Under the pieces are notes generated by a model. The model did not search any database, had not been told where the DNA came from, and worked only from the letters and a program-made list of their open reading frames with translations. From an uncultured Pirellulales bacterium (GTDB taxonomy: Bacteria > Planctomycetota > Phycisphaerae > Sedimentisphaerales > Anaerobacaceae), in NCBI GenBank assembly GCA_964493425.1, contig CAZBMW010000010.1, forward strand, positions 20,827-84,826: a DNA stretch of 64,000 nt, in the 5' to 3' direction. This document shows positions 28,101 through 36,498 of this stretch, piece after piece. Both the position numbers and the translations under genes were made by a program. Each line of letters begins with the position of its first letter. The stretch's first letter is position 1.

Positions 28101-30972
28101 AACACTCTGCCAATAATTTTATTGGATGAACCGCCTTTTTGCCGCTTATATGTTCTATCTGCATACCGCAGGCTGCACATTCTGTCAATACTATTTTAGC
28201 TGGAGTCCGTTTCAAAGCATCTCTTAAATTCTCTGATATCTTTTCAGAAAGCTCGTATTTGTCCTTCTGCATCCCGAACGTACCCGCCAAGCCGCAACAG
28301 CCCGCCTTTAAATCATTAACCTTCAAACCACACAGCTTATCAAGAAGCTTTATACTCGCACCCGTTGTGCCAAGCGCAAATAAATGACAAGGTGCGTGAT
28401 AAGCAAATTCACCTGTCAGCTTCTCCGCAGCAGGTTTTAATTTCCCCTCTTTATATAAATCAAAAAGATAATTCATCAACTCGAATGTATTTTCTGAAAC
28501 AAGTCCTGCATCCTCACCGGCGACAAAATGTCTTAGCCCCTTTTGCAGACAAAGAGCAGCACTGGGTTCGGAGCAGACGATTGCATAACCGGCTTTGACG
28601 GCCTGCGCCAGATGTCTTACATTGAAAGCCAAGTCCTTTTTTGCAGTTTTTATGTCACCATAACAAAGAGCAGGCAAAGGTACCGGACGCTGTTTCGGTA
28701 ATATAACACCAATATCATTATGCCTCAAAAAATCAATCACAGCAAAGCCCAACTCGTGGTCATTATAATTGACGAACGTATCAACAAAATAAGCGACCTT
28801 TCCAGCCGGTTTTTCAACCGCTCCGAGCTTTGCAAGGTACTTTCTCGCCCTTTTCAAAAAGCTGCCCCGACTAAAAACAGGCATTTGTCTGCGCCTGTCA
28901 AGACCGGCTGCTTTTTCGAGAAGCCACTTAAAAGGACGAATCCGCATAATAAAATTAGTAAGACTGCTAAACTTACTACCAAGCACACTAAGATAACGAT
29001 TCCTCGATAAAGTAAATTCTGCCCTTTTCAATCCCTTGCGCTTAACATATTGAGCTCGCGCAGCAACCATCAATTTCGAAACATCAACACCGGAGGGACA
29101 TTCGATAGAACAGAGTTTGCAATTTATGCATAAATCCAGAAACTTTTTGAACTCGTCTGACTCAAAATCCTTTTCATTTATTTTGCCCTTCATCCATAAA
29201 TTCAGAACATTAGCCTTCGCTCTCGTACTGCCAAGCTCGTCATCGAGCGCTCTGAAAACAGGACACAGGCGTAAATCTGTTTCTTTAGTCAGACACAGGC
29301 CGCAGCCGTTGCACCGCTCAAGCTCGGTTAAAAGCTCATCACCTTCAAAAAGAAGGTCGGTTTGCAACCTTTCGGGCAAAAATTCGTCTTCGGCTTTTAA
29401 GTCTTTTATCATAATATCAGGGTCACTGTTGATAATCTTGCCGGGATTCATAATGCCAGCAGGATCAAAAATATTTTTTATCCTGCATAAAACGTCGTAG
29501 AATTCGTCTCCGAACTGGCTCCTGACAAAAGCGGCCCTGACGAGGCCGTCCGCGTGCTCACCACTTATTGAACCGCCGAGAGACCAGGCAAGTGAAAATA
29601 CCTCATTGGCAACTGCAACCATTTTCTGCACATCTGTCTGCCGGCTCAAATCAAGGTAAGGCCTGATATGCAGCTCGCCGTCACCCGCATGGCCATAATA
29701 AGAAAGAGAAATTCCATAGCGTTTGCCGATTCTTCCTATGCCGGAAATATATTCAGCAAGTTTACTTTTGTCCACAGATACATCTTCAATGAATGGGACA
29801 GGGCGCTTTCTTGTCCTTTTTCTGTCGAGCAAAGGCACAGCGTCATTGCGTGACTTCCACAATCTGTTTTGCTGTTCAGTATCAAAAATAATTTTTCGAT
29901 TAATGGCGAGCTTCCCAACCGCAGAATTTGTTTTTTCGATTTTTTCTTTTACCTGCTGCTCTGCATCGCCTGCATGCTCAACCAGAAGAACGGCCTCTGC
30001 CGAAGGCAGAATGTCCCTGTATTGAGGCAGAGCATCCCTGGCCATATCCAGTAAAGTTTTATCCATCAGCTCACAGGCTGACGCTGAGCTATCCACAATA
30101 ACAACTGCCGCGTGCGCCATCTTTTCGAGCGAATCAAACTCAAGCTGCAGCAGAACCTTTACCCGCGGCAATTCGACTGTTCTGAGCTTGATTTTTGTAA
30201 ATATCGCAAGTGTCCCTTCAGAGCCTGCTAAAAGTTTTGCCATATCAATTCTACCGTTGCGACAAATTCCAGCGATGTTATAACCGCTACGATTACGCTT
30301 CGAGTGTGGAAGAGCTTTTTTTATAACTTCTTCATTATCAGATAATACTGCCAGACATTTTCCAGCTATTAAACCGGCGGTGCCCGATTTTTCCGAAGGT
30401 TCAAAATCATTTTGAAACTCAACCACACTGCCGTCTGACAAAACCGTTTCAAGGGATTCGACGTAATCGGCCATATAACCGTATTGAAGAGAATGGGCAC
30501 CTGTCGCATTATTGGCAACGCAGCCGCCGATTACGGCTCTGTTGGATGTGGATGGGTCTGGACCAATTTTCCTCTTGTATTGTGAAAGGAAACCATTCAA
30601 ATCATCAAGCACTACACCAGGCTGAGTAAAAACAATCTTACCATTTTGCTCGGCGGAAATTATTCTATTCATATACCGTCGTATATCAAGAACGATACCG
30701 CTGGAAAGCGACTCTCCTGCCACGCCGCTCCCGGCACCACGCGCCACAACAGGTACATTATTCTCAGCGGCATATTTTACAGTTGCAACAATATCATCGA
30801 TGTCACGAGGAACAAGAACACAGGCCGGTATTATTCTGTAAATGCTTGCATCACTGCTGTAAGCAGCCCTGTGCAGCATGTCAACAAAAACGTCGCCACG
30901 CACGATTTGCCCTAAGTCACCCCCAATATCTGCTGATGTTTTCTTCATCTGCACTTTTTCACTTTGAATCAC
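28075..30972 (-). CDS. fused FAD-binding oxidase (GlcD-like) plus Fe-S/CCG-domain (GlcF-like) oxidoreductase
   Basis: N-terminal FAD_binding_4 pattern (ARGAGSGVAGES), two 4Fe-4S motifs CNGCGLCLTK...CP and CINCKLCSIECP, and two C-terminal CCG-type Cys motifs (HAPCH, CCGLAG). GTG at 30972 or ATG at 30948 are both possible starts. Confidence 0.85.
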   Translation of the reverse strand: MIQSEKVQMKKTSADIGGDLGQIVRGDVFVDMLHRAAYSSDASIYRIIPACVLVPRDIDDIVATVKYAAENNVPVVARGAGSGVAGESLSSGIVLDIRRYMNRIISAEQNGKIVFTQPGVVLDDLNGFLSQYKRKIGPDPSTSNRAVIGGCVANNATGAHSLQYGYMADYVESLETVLSDGSVVEFQNDFEPSEKSGTAGLIAGKCLAVLSDNEEVIKKALPHSKRNRSGYNIAGICRNGRIDMAKLLAGSEGTLAIFTKIKLRTVELPRVKVLLQLEFDSLEKMAHAAVVIVDSSASACELMDKTLLDMARDALPQYRDILPSAEAVLLVEHAGDAEQQVKEKIEKTNSAVGKLAINRKIIFDTEQQNRLWKSRNDAVPLLDRKRTRKRPVPFIEDVSVDKSKLAEYISGIGRIGKRYGISLSYYGHAGDGELHIRPYLDLSRQTDVQKMVAVANEVFSLAWSLGGSISGEHADGLVRAAFVRSQFGDEFYDVLCRIKNIFDPAGIMNPGKIINSDPDIMIKDLKAEDEFLPERLQTDLLFEGDELLTELERCNGCGLCLTKETDLRLCPVFRALDDELGSTRAKANVLNLWMKGKINEKDFESDEFKKFLDLCINCKLCSIECPSGVDVSKLMVAARAQYVKRKGLKRAEFTLSRNRYLSVLGSKFSSLTNFIMRIRPFKWLLEKAAGLDRRRQMPVFSRGSFLKRARKYLAKLGAVEKPAGKVAYFVDTFVNYNDHELGFAVIDFLRHNDIGVILPKQRPVPLPALCYGDIKTAKKDLAFNVRHLAQAVKAGYAIVCSEPSAALCLQKGLRHFVAGEDAGLVSENTFELMNYLFDLYKEGKLKPAAEKLTGEFAYHAPCHLFALGTTGASIKLLDKLCGLKVNDLKAGCCGLAGTFGMQKDKYELSEKISENLRDALKRTPAKIVLTECAACGMQIEHISGKKAVHPIKLLAECYGKKGRPS

Positions 30973-31813
30973 GTGGCTGTAACTTCAAATGGTTGGCGAC
31001 ACCGCCGGTTCGCAACACTTCAAGCTCTTCACTACTGACCCGGCCGTTGATAAACTGCTGAACAACGCCGTCAGAATGATGGCGGATAAAATCTGCGTCA
31101 CCATCAGCGATAATTTTACCTTTATGCAGCATAATAATACGGTCTGCTATTTTATATGCGCTTGTCATATCGTGGGTTACGGCAACACTTGTCAGGCCGA
31201 GACCTTTTTGTAATTTTAAGATAAGCTCGTTAATTATATCTGCACGAATGGGGTCCAGTCCTGTTGTTGGCTCATCATATAATATCACTTCGGGATTCAA
31301 GGCTATTGCTCGCGCCAGTGCAACTCTTTTGCGCTGCCCTCCAGAAAGCTGAGCCGGAAAGTAATTTTGAAAACCATCAAGACCAACTAATGACAGTTTC
31401 GATTTGACAAGTTCTTCAAGACCGCTCACCTTCTTCGTCTTATAACTCTGCCTTACAGGAAACAATATATTTTCAGCTACGGTTAGGCTGTCAAATAAGG
31501 CACCGCCCTGAAAAAGAAAGCCGTAATTCATTCGTATCTTATCCAACTGTTCTTCCTCAAGCTTATCTATGCGCTGTCCCTTGAAATAGACTTTGCCCGA
31601 ATTCGGTCGCAATAAAGCTATTAAATGCTTTATCAGAACAGTCTTGCCACAGCCGCTCGGACCTATTACTACAGTGGTCATGCCTTTCTCTATCGTCAGG
31701 TCAATATTATCGAGGACAACATTGTTGCCGAACTTCTTAGTGACATTTTCCAAAGAAATTATACCATCGCCCTTCCAAGACTTAGAATTTTTTCCCTGTG
31801 CCTGTGTTTCCAT
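30959..31813 (-). CDS. mlaF: MlaF-type ABC transporter ATP-binding protein
   Basis: GPSGCGKT, LFQGGALFDSLTVAENILFP, LSGGQRKRVALARA, LYDEPTTGLDP. Confidence 0.8.
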   Translation of the reverse strand: METQAQGKNSKSWKGDGIISLENVTKKFGNNVVLDNIDLTIEKGMTTVVIGPSGCGKTVLIKHLIALLRPNSGKVYFKGQRIDKLEEEQLDKIRMNYGFLFQGGALFDSLTVAENILFPVRQSYKTKKVSGLEELVKSKLSLVGLDGFQNYFPAQLSGGQRKRVALARAIALNPEVILYDEPTTGLDPIRADIINELILKLQKGLGLTSVAVTHDMTSAYKIADRIIMLHKGKIIADGDADFIRHHSDGVVQQFINGRVSSEELEVLRTGGVANHLKLQPRDSK

Positions 31814-31875
31814 TTACCCTTGTATAACCTCTTAAAATTTAAGCAACACAGTATATTGTTAACACAAACGTTCTA

Positions 31876-32685
31876 CTAAAGCAAACTTCTTACTGGCCAG
31901 AGGGTATTGTAAATCGCCTTAAAAATCACAACGAGTGCAAAATCGAGGGCCAGTATTGAAATAAAGCTGGCAACAAAAGCCTCTGTACAGGCCTGTCCAA
32001 CCCCGTGAGCTCCTTCCCTGCAGGTAAAACCCTTGTAACAGCTTATGGCTGCAATAGCTGCTCCAAAGAAAAATCCCTTTACTACGCCGATACTCAAATC
32101 CCATAACTCAACGCCCTGTGCACTGTACTCCCAGTAAGGATGGCTGTTAATATGAAGATGATACACGCTGACGAAGAAACCTCCAAGGCTACACATCAGG
32201 TCGGCAAAAATAATCAGGATAGGCGTCAGCAGTAGACAGGCCAGAATCCGCGGTGCAACAAGATACCGCATCGGGTCCGTACCCATACTCCTGACAGCTT
32301 CAATCTGTTCGGTAACTTTCATCGTACCCAGTTCAGCGGTTAATGCGCCGCCGACTCGCCCCGCAAGCATAACCGCAGCAAGAACGGGACCAAGCTCCTT
32401 TACACCGGAAATATTAATTAAGACACCAAGTCTCTCCTCAAGACCCATAGATGCAAGCTGATCATAAGCCTGAATCGCAAGCGTCATTCCGACAAAAGCA
32501 CCAGTTATCATTATAACTGGCATAGACCGTACGCCTATAATATACATCTGTGTCCAAATCAAAGGGTACGCCGCGGGTTTGAAACAGCTTGCTATGGAAA
32601 CAACTAGAGACCGCCAAACGAATCTGCTGAACTGACCTGTTTTTTCCACATCATTTACAAAACTGCCACTAAGTGTGACTGCCAT
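31876..32685 (-). CDS. mlaE: MlaE-type ABC transporter permease
   Basis: About 260 aa, multi-TM. IGVRSMPVIMITGAFVGMTLAIQ and TEQIEAVRSMG are typical of the MlaE/YrbE family. Confidence 0.8.
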   Translation of the reverse strand: MAVTLSGSFVNDVEKTGQFSRFVWRSLVVSIASCFKPAAYPLIWTQMYIIGVRSMPVIMITGAFVGMTLAIQAYDQLASMGLEERLGVLINISGVKELGPVLAAVMLAGRVGGALTAELGTMKVTEQIEAVRSMGTDPMRYLVAPRILACLLLTPILIIFADLMCSLGGFFVSVYHLHINSHPYWEYSAQGVELWDLSIGVVKGFFFGAAIAAISCYKGFTCREGAHGVGQACTEAFVASFISILALDFALVVIFKAIYNTLWPVRSLL

Positions 32686-33204
32686 AATATTAACTCCTAT
32701 AATAAAAATTAATTTCCCTTTAAGGATTTAAGAATAATAAATTTATTATGAACCATAATTTTATTTAAGCTAAAATAATACAATACTTGGCGTACAAAAA
32801 CAACATCCATCCCGCATTATCATAACTCTCTATCCTTTGGTTAATTTCAAACAAAACTGCTGCCGATCTAAATTTTTTTCTTTTTACCATTTTGTAAAGT
32901 TAATTCAAGCCGCAACTTAATTACTAATGAATGCCAATTATTATACTCAATCTCTTTCCTTAAAATGTTTTTCACATTCTTCATTACATATAAGTGATTC
33001 CAGCAATCTCTTTAACAATTTTCTCTTAATCCAACCTCTGTCCACCTTTTAATTTTCAAAATATCATAACTTTATTGAAAATCCATAACTTTTATTATCC
33101 GAGTTATTTCCAAAATCAATAAACCAAAGTCCCAAAAAAACCTTTTTATTGGCTAATAAAAAAAAGATTTTCCAAGAAAGAGAAAAAACTTTGTTCATCT
33201 TACG

Positions 33205-33263
33205 TATATTACCTACATTACCTAAAGTTTTCAAAACAACATTGCCGAAACTTATATTACCTA
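33205..33263 (+). repeat. direct repeats TATATTACCTA (33205-33215, 33253-33263) plus a third ATTACCTA (33217-33224)
   Basis: Read directly from the sequence, 60-120 nt upstream of the B12-domain gene inside a 640-bp AT-rich ORF-free region. Confidence 0.4.
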
Positions 33264-33324
33264 TTTTAACATTGGTTTATAGTATAAATTTGACATAAGA
33301 ACACATAACAAAGGGGTATAAATC

Positions 33325-34041
33325 ATGGTTGAAGACGGGATGCTGGAAAATTACTTAGATGCATTACTTGAGGGAGATAGAAGTAGATGTCGGTTCATTA
33401 TAGAAAAAACTCTACAATGCGGTACACCAACAAATTTAGTTTATGCTGATATCATCTGGCCAATTATGGTCGAAATCGAAAGGCTTTCTAGAGATGGCCG
33501 TATCAGCCCCGCTGCTGAGCACCTCGCCACAAGAATTAATAGAAACATAGTTGACCAGCTACAGAATAAACTTCCACGTAAGCCATTAAAAAGCAAAAAA
33601 ATCGTCGTATGCTGTGTTAAGGACGAATTGCAAGAGCTTGGAGCACAAATAATAGCAGATTTGTTTGAAAGTGACGGCTGGGAAGTTAAATTCCTCGGAG
33701 GTGGTCTAACAAACGATGATATCCTTGCCTTTGTCAACAAACATGGACCTGATATCCTTCTCATTTATGGAACATCGCCAAAACAAGCACCAACAGTTCG
33801 TCAATTAATTGACACTATAAAAAATGTCAATGCCTGGCCTGAAATGCGAATTATGGTCTCAGGCGGTCTATTTAATCGAGCCGAAGGCCTCTGGCAGGAG
33901 ATAGGTGCCGACCTTTTCGCAGCTACGGCCGTTGAAGCTGTACAAGCAGCAACAAGCGAAAGAAAAGCCGAGCCTGAGCAGCAAACAATTAACAGAAGAA
34001 AAAAAAGATATTGCAAAACTCACGAAAACGCACAGGCCTGA
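33325..34041 (+). CDS. stand-alone cobalamin-binding-domain protein (B12-binding_2 helical bundle plus Rossmann-like B12 domain) with a degenerate ligand motif
   Basis: The helical bundle ends in AAEHLAT. The Rossmann part is KKIVVCCVKDELQELGAQIIADLFESDGWEVKFLGGG ... MVSGGLF. The canonical (D/E)xHxxG motif reads ELQELG here. An AGGGG RBS is present. Confidence 0.75.
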   Translation: MVEDGMLENYLDALLEGDRSRCRFIIEKTLQCGTPTNLVYADIIWPIMVEIERLSRDGRISPAAEHLATRINRNIVDQLQNKLPRKPLKSKKIVVCCVKDELQELGAQIIADLFESDGWEVKFLGGGLTNDDILAFVNKHGPDILLIYGTSPKQAPTVRQLIDTIKNVNAWPEMRIMVSGGLFNRAEGLWQEIGADLFAATAVEAVQAATSERKAEPEQQTINRRKKRYCKTHENAQA

Positions 34042-34100
34042 TACAATAACAAATTCCGATGAAAATCATTCGCCGAAGAGTATAAAACCGGAGATAAAAT

Positions 34101-35696
34101 CTACAGGCTTTCTTTATATAATTTATACTCGATACTATCAACCAATGCCTGCCAGGATGCCTCAATAATGTTCTCCGAGCAGCCGACCGTTCCCCAAATT
34201 GAATCCTTATCACGAGATTCTATTATAACGCGTACGCGTGCAGCGGTACCGGCCTTGGCGTTCACCACACGAACCTTATAATCAATCAAATGCATATCTC
34301 TGATAGAAGGATAAAAAATATCGAGTGATTTACGCAAAGCAGAATCTAAAGCGTTGACCGGGCCGTCTCCCTCACCCACAACATGTTCGATTTTATCACC
34401 GACTTTTAATTTCACGGTCGCCTCGGTAACCAAATCTCCCGATGCACGTTTCTCAACAGTTGTATTATACTTGACAAGCTCAAAAAACGGCTTGTATGTA
34501 CCCATTATCTTTTTGACAAGCAAATCAAAGCTGGCGTTAGCTGCCTCAAACTGATAACCTTCATCCTCAAGCCTCTGAACTTCATTTAAAATCTTTTTTG
34601 CAAGCTTTTTATCTTCCGCAACCTTGGATTTTTCTAACTCTGCGAGGACATTTGACTTACCGCTCAATTCGGAAATAAGAAAGCGGCGCTCATTGCCAAC
34701 CATTTTCGGGTCAATATGCTCATAGGTTCGCCTGCTTTTACGGATCGCGTCAACGTGGAGGCCTGCTTTATGCGCAAAAGCACTTTCGCCGACGAAAGGC
34801 ATATTCATAACAGGCGAGAGATTTGCAATCTCGAACATAAAACGCGAAACTTCCGTCATAGTTTTCAGCTTCTCCGGCTCAAGTACATCAAAGCCCATCT
34901 TCAGCATCAAATCCGGTATTACAGTACATAAATTTGCGTTACCGCAACGTTCGCCGAGGCCGTTCATCGTACCCTGCACGTGTCTTGCACCGGCCCGAAC
35001 CGCAGATAAACTATTGGCTGTGGCACAGCCGCTGTCATTATGAGTATGAATACCAACACTAACAGTGCCAAATCTTTCACAAACACATTTTGTAATCTCA
35101 TAAATCTGCTCAGGCAAAAAACCGCCGTTCGTATCGCAAAGCACAAGGATATCGGCCCCCGCATCTGCCGCCGCATCCAGAACCTTCACAGCATATTCGG
35201 GATTTTCCTTGTAGCCGTCAAAGAAATGCTCAGCATCGAAAATTACCTCAAGTCCCTTGCTTTTAAGATATTTAACAGAGTCTGCACAGATAAACAGATT
35301 TTTATCGAGCGAACAGCCAAGCACCGCCTTAACATGCATATCCCAGCTTTTACCAACAAGAGTGGCGGTACTTGTCCCACAGGCAAGAATACTACTGAGA
35401 GAAAGGTCCTCAGCAGGTTTCTTATCAGCGCGATGCGTACTCCCAAAGGCTGCAATTCTGCAGTGTCTCAGGTGAAGTTTTTTGACCTCATCAAAAAAGT
35501 GCATCTCCTTGGGATTAGAGCCGGCGTATCCTCCCTCTATATAATCAAGACCAAGCTCGTCAAGACGCCGCGCTATAGACAATTTATCTTCCAATGAGAA
35601 GCTTACCCCCTCAGTCTGCATCCCATCACGAAGAGTTGTATCATAAGTCGTTATCTCTTCCATACTTACATACCCAGAACTACTTTGACAATCCAT
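34101..35696 (-). CDS. cimA: citramalate synthase / 2-isopropylmalate synthase family (CimA-type)
   Basis: TYDTTLRDGMQTEGVSFS, HTHNDSG, and a C-terminal LeuA-type regulatory domain. The true start may be ATG 35663 (MEEITTY). Confidence 0.75.
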   Translation of the reverse strand: MDCQSSSGYVSMEEITTYDTTLRDGMQTEGVSFSLEDKLSIARRLDELGLDYIEGGYAGSNPKEMHFFDEVKKLHLRHCRIAAFGSTHRADKKPAEDLSLSSILACGTSTATLVGKSWDMHVKAVLGCSLDKNLFICADSVKYLKSKGLEVIFDAEHFFDGYKENPEYAVKVLDAAADAGADILVLCDTNGGFLPEQIYEITKCVCERFGTVSVGIHTHNDSGCATANSLSAVRAGARHVQGTMNGLGERCGNANLCTVIPDLMLKMGFDVLEPEKLKTMTEVSRFMFEIANLSPVMNMPFVGESAFAHKAGLHVDAIRKSRRTYEHIDPKMVGNERRFLISELSGKSNVLAELEKSKVAEDKKLAKKILNEVQRLEDEGYQFEAANASFDLLVKKIMGTYKPFFELVKYNTTVEKRASGDLVTEATVKLKVGDKIEHVVGEGDGPVNALDSALRKSLDIFYPSIRDMHLIDYKVRVVNAKAGTAARVRVIIESRDKDSIWGTVGCSENIIEASWQALVDSIEYKLYKESL

Positions 35697-35735
35697 AAAT
35701 AACTACCATTTATCATCTGGTAAATTAAGCAATTA

Positions 35736-35764
35736 ATTGTATTTACAGCTTATGCAATTGTAAA
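35736..35764 (-). promoter_or_regulatory. putative cimA promoter
   Basis: On the minus strand: TTTACA (35759-35764), 17-nt spacer, TACAAT (35736-35741). Confidence 0.35.
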
Positions 35765-35903
35765 GGGCAAAATAGCCGTACATATTATTCTTATATTGAT
35801 GAGATAAACAGGAAGCTCTCGTAGCACAAAATCTCAATCAAATCCAAAAATTGCACATTACAGACAACATTCATTAGTTAACAAAAAAAATTTTATAAAA
35901 TTC

Positions 35904-35931
35904 TTGACTCCACTCATTTTTTAAGTATAAT
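35904..35931 (+). promoter_or_regulatory. putative ptsN promoter
   Basis: TTGACT (35904-35909), 16-nt spacer, TATAAT (35926-35931). Confidence 0.45.
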
Positions 35932-35992
35932 TAAAAGTTTATAAAAATTCTAAACAATGGAATCCAGGTTTTGACTTTCTCTAATAACTGAA

Positions 35993-36451
35993 ATGAAGCT
36001 TACAGAAATTTTGCAGCCGAGTTGTGTTAAGGTCCCCTTAGAAAGTAAAGATAAAAAATCTGCAATAATTGAACTTGTGGACCTTTTAGATTCAAAGCAT
36101 TTATTGTCAGACAAAGACATCGTTTTAGAATCGGTTTTAATGCGCGAACAAACGCGCAGTACAGGCATTGGGTCGGGCATTGCCATACCACACGGAAAGT
36201 GCAACGCGGTCAAAGAATTAATTATGGCGGTTGGAATTGCAGATGAGCCGATCGATTTTGAAAGCGTTGACGCCAAACCCGTTAAAATTATTCTCTTACT
36301 TGTATCACCGGCAAATCAGACAGGACCACACATCCAGGCACTGGCACAAATAAGCAGGCTAATGCTTGACGAAAAATTCAAAGAGAACCTTGAGAACAGC
36401 AGCTCGGCTGACGAGGCTTATGAACTGCTGAGCAAGAAAGATAACCAGTAG
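35993..36451 (+). CDS. ptsN: PTS EIIA(Ntr)-type nitrogen regulatory protein
   Basis: 152 aa with an EIIA type-2 pattern and a phosphorylatable His in GIGSGIAIPHGK. Confidence 0.85.
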   Translation: MKLTEILQPSCVKVPLESKDKKSAIIELVDLLDSKHLLSDKDIVLESVLMREQTRSTGIGSGIAIPHGKCNAVKELIMAVGIADEPIDFESVDAKPVKIILLLVSPANQTGPHIQALAQISRLMLDEKFKENLENSSSADEAYELLSKKDNQ

Positions 36452-36498
36452 CTTCTTCTAGTCTTCGAAAAAAGATTGCATTTCATAAGTTCACAAAG

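Noticed and set aside
32686-33324. The AT-rich ORF-free region as a possible replication origin (oriC).
   Set aside because: Only weak 6/9 matches to the DnaA box TTATCCACA (for example TTATCCGAG, CTGTCCACC) are present. There is no cluster of boxes and no dnaA, dnaN or gidA nearby.
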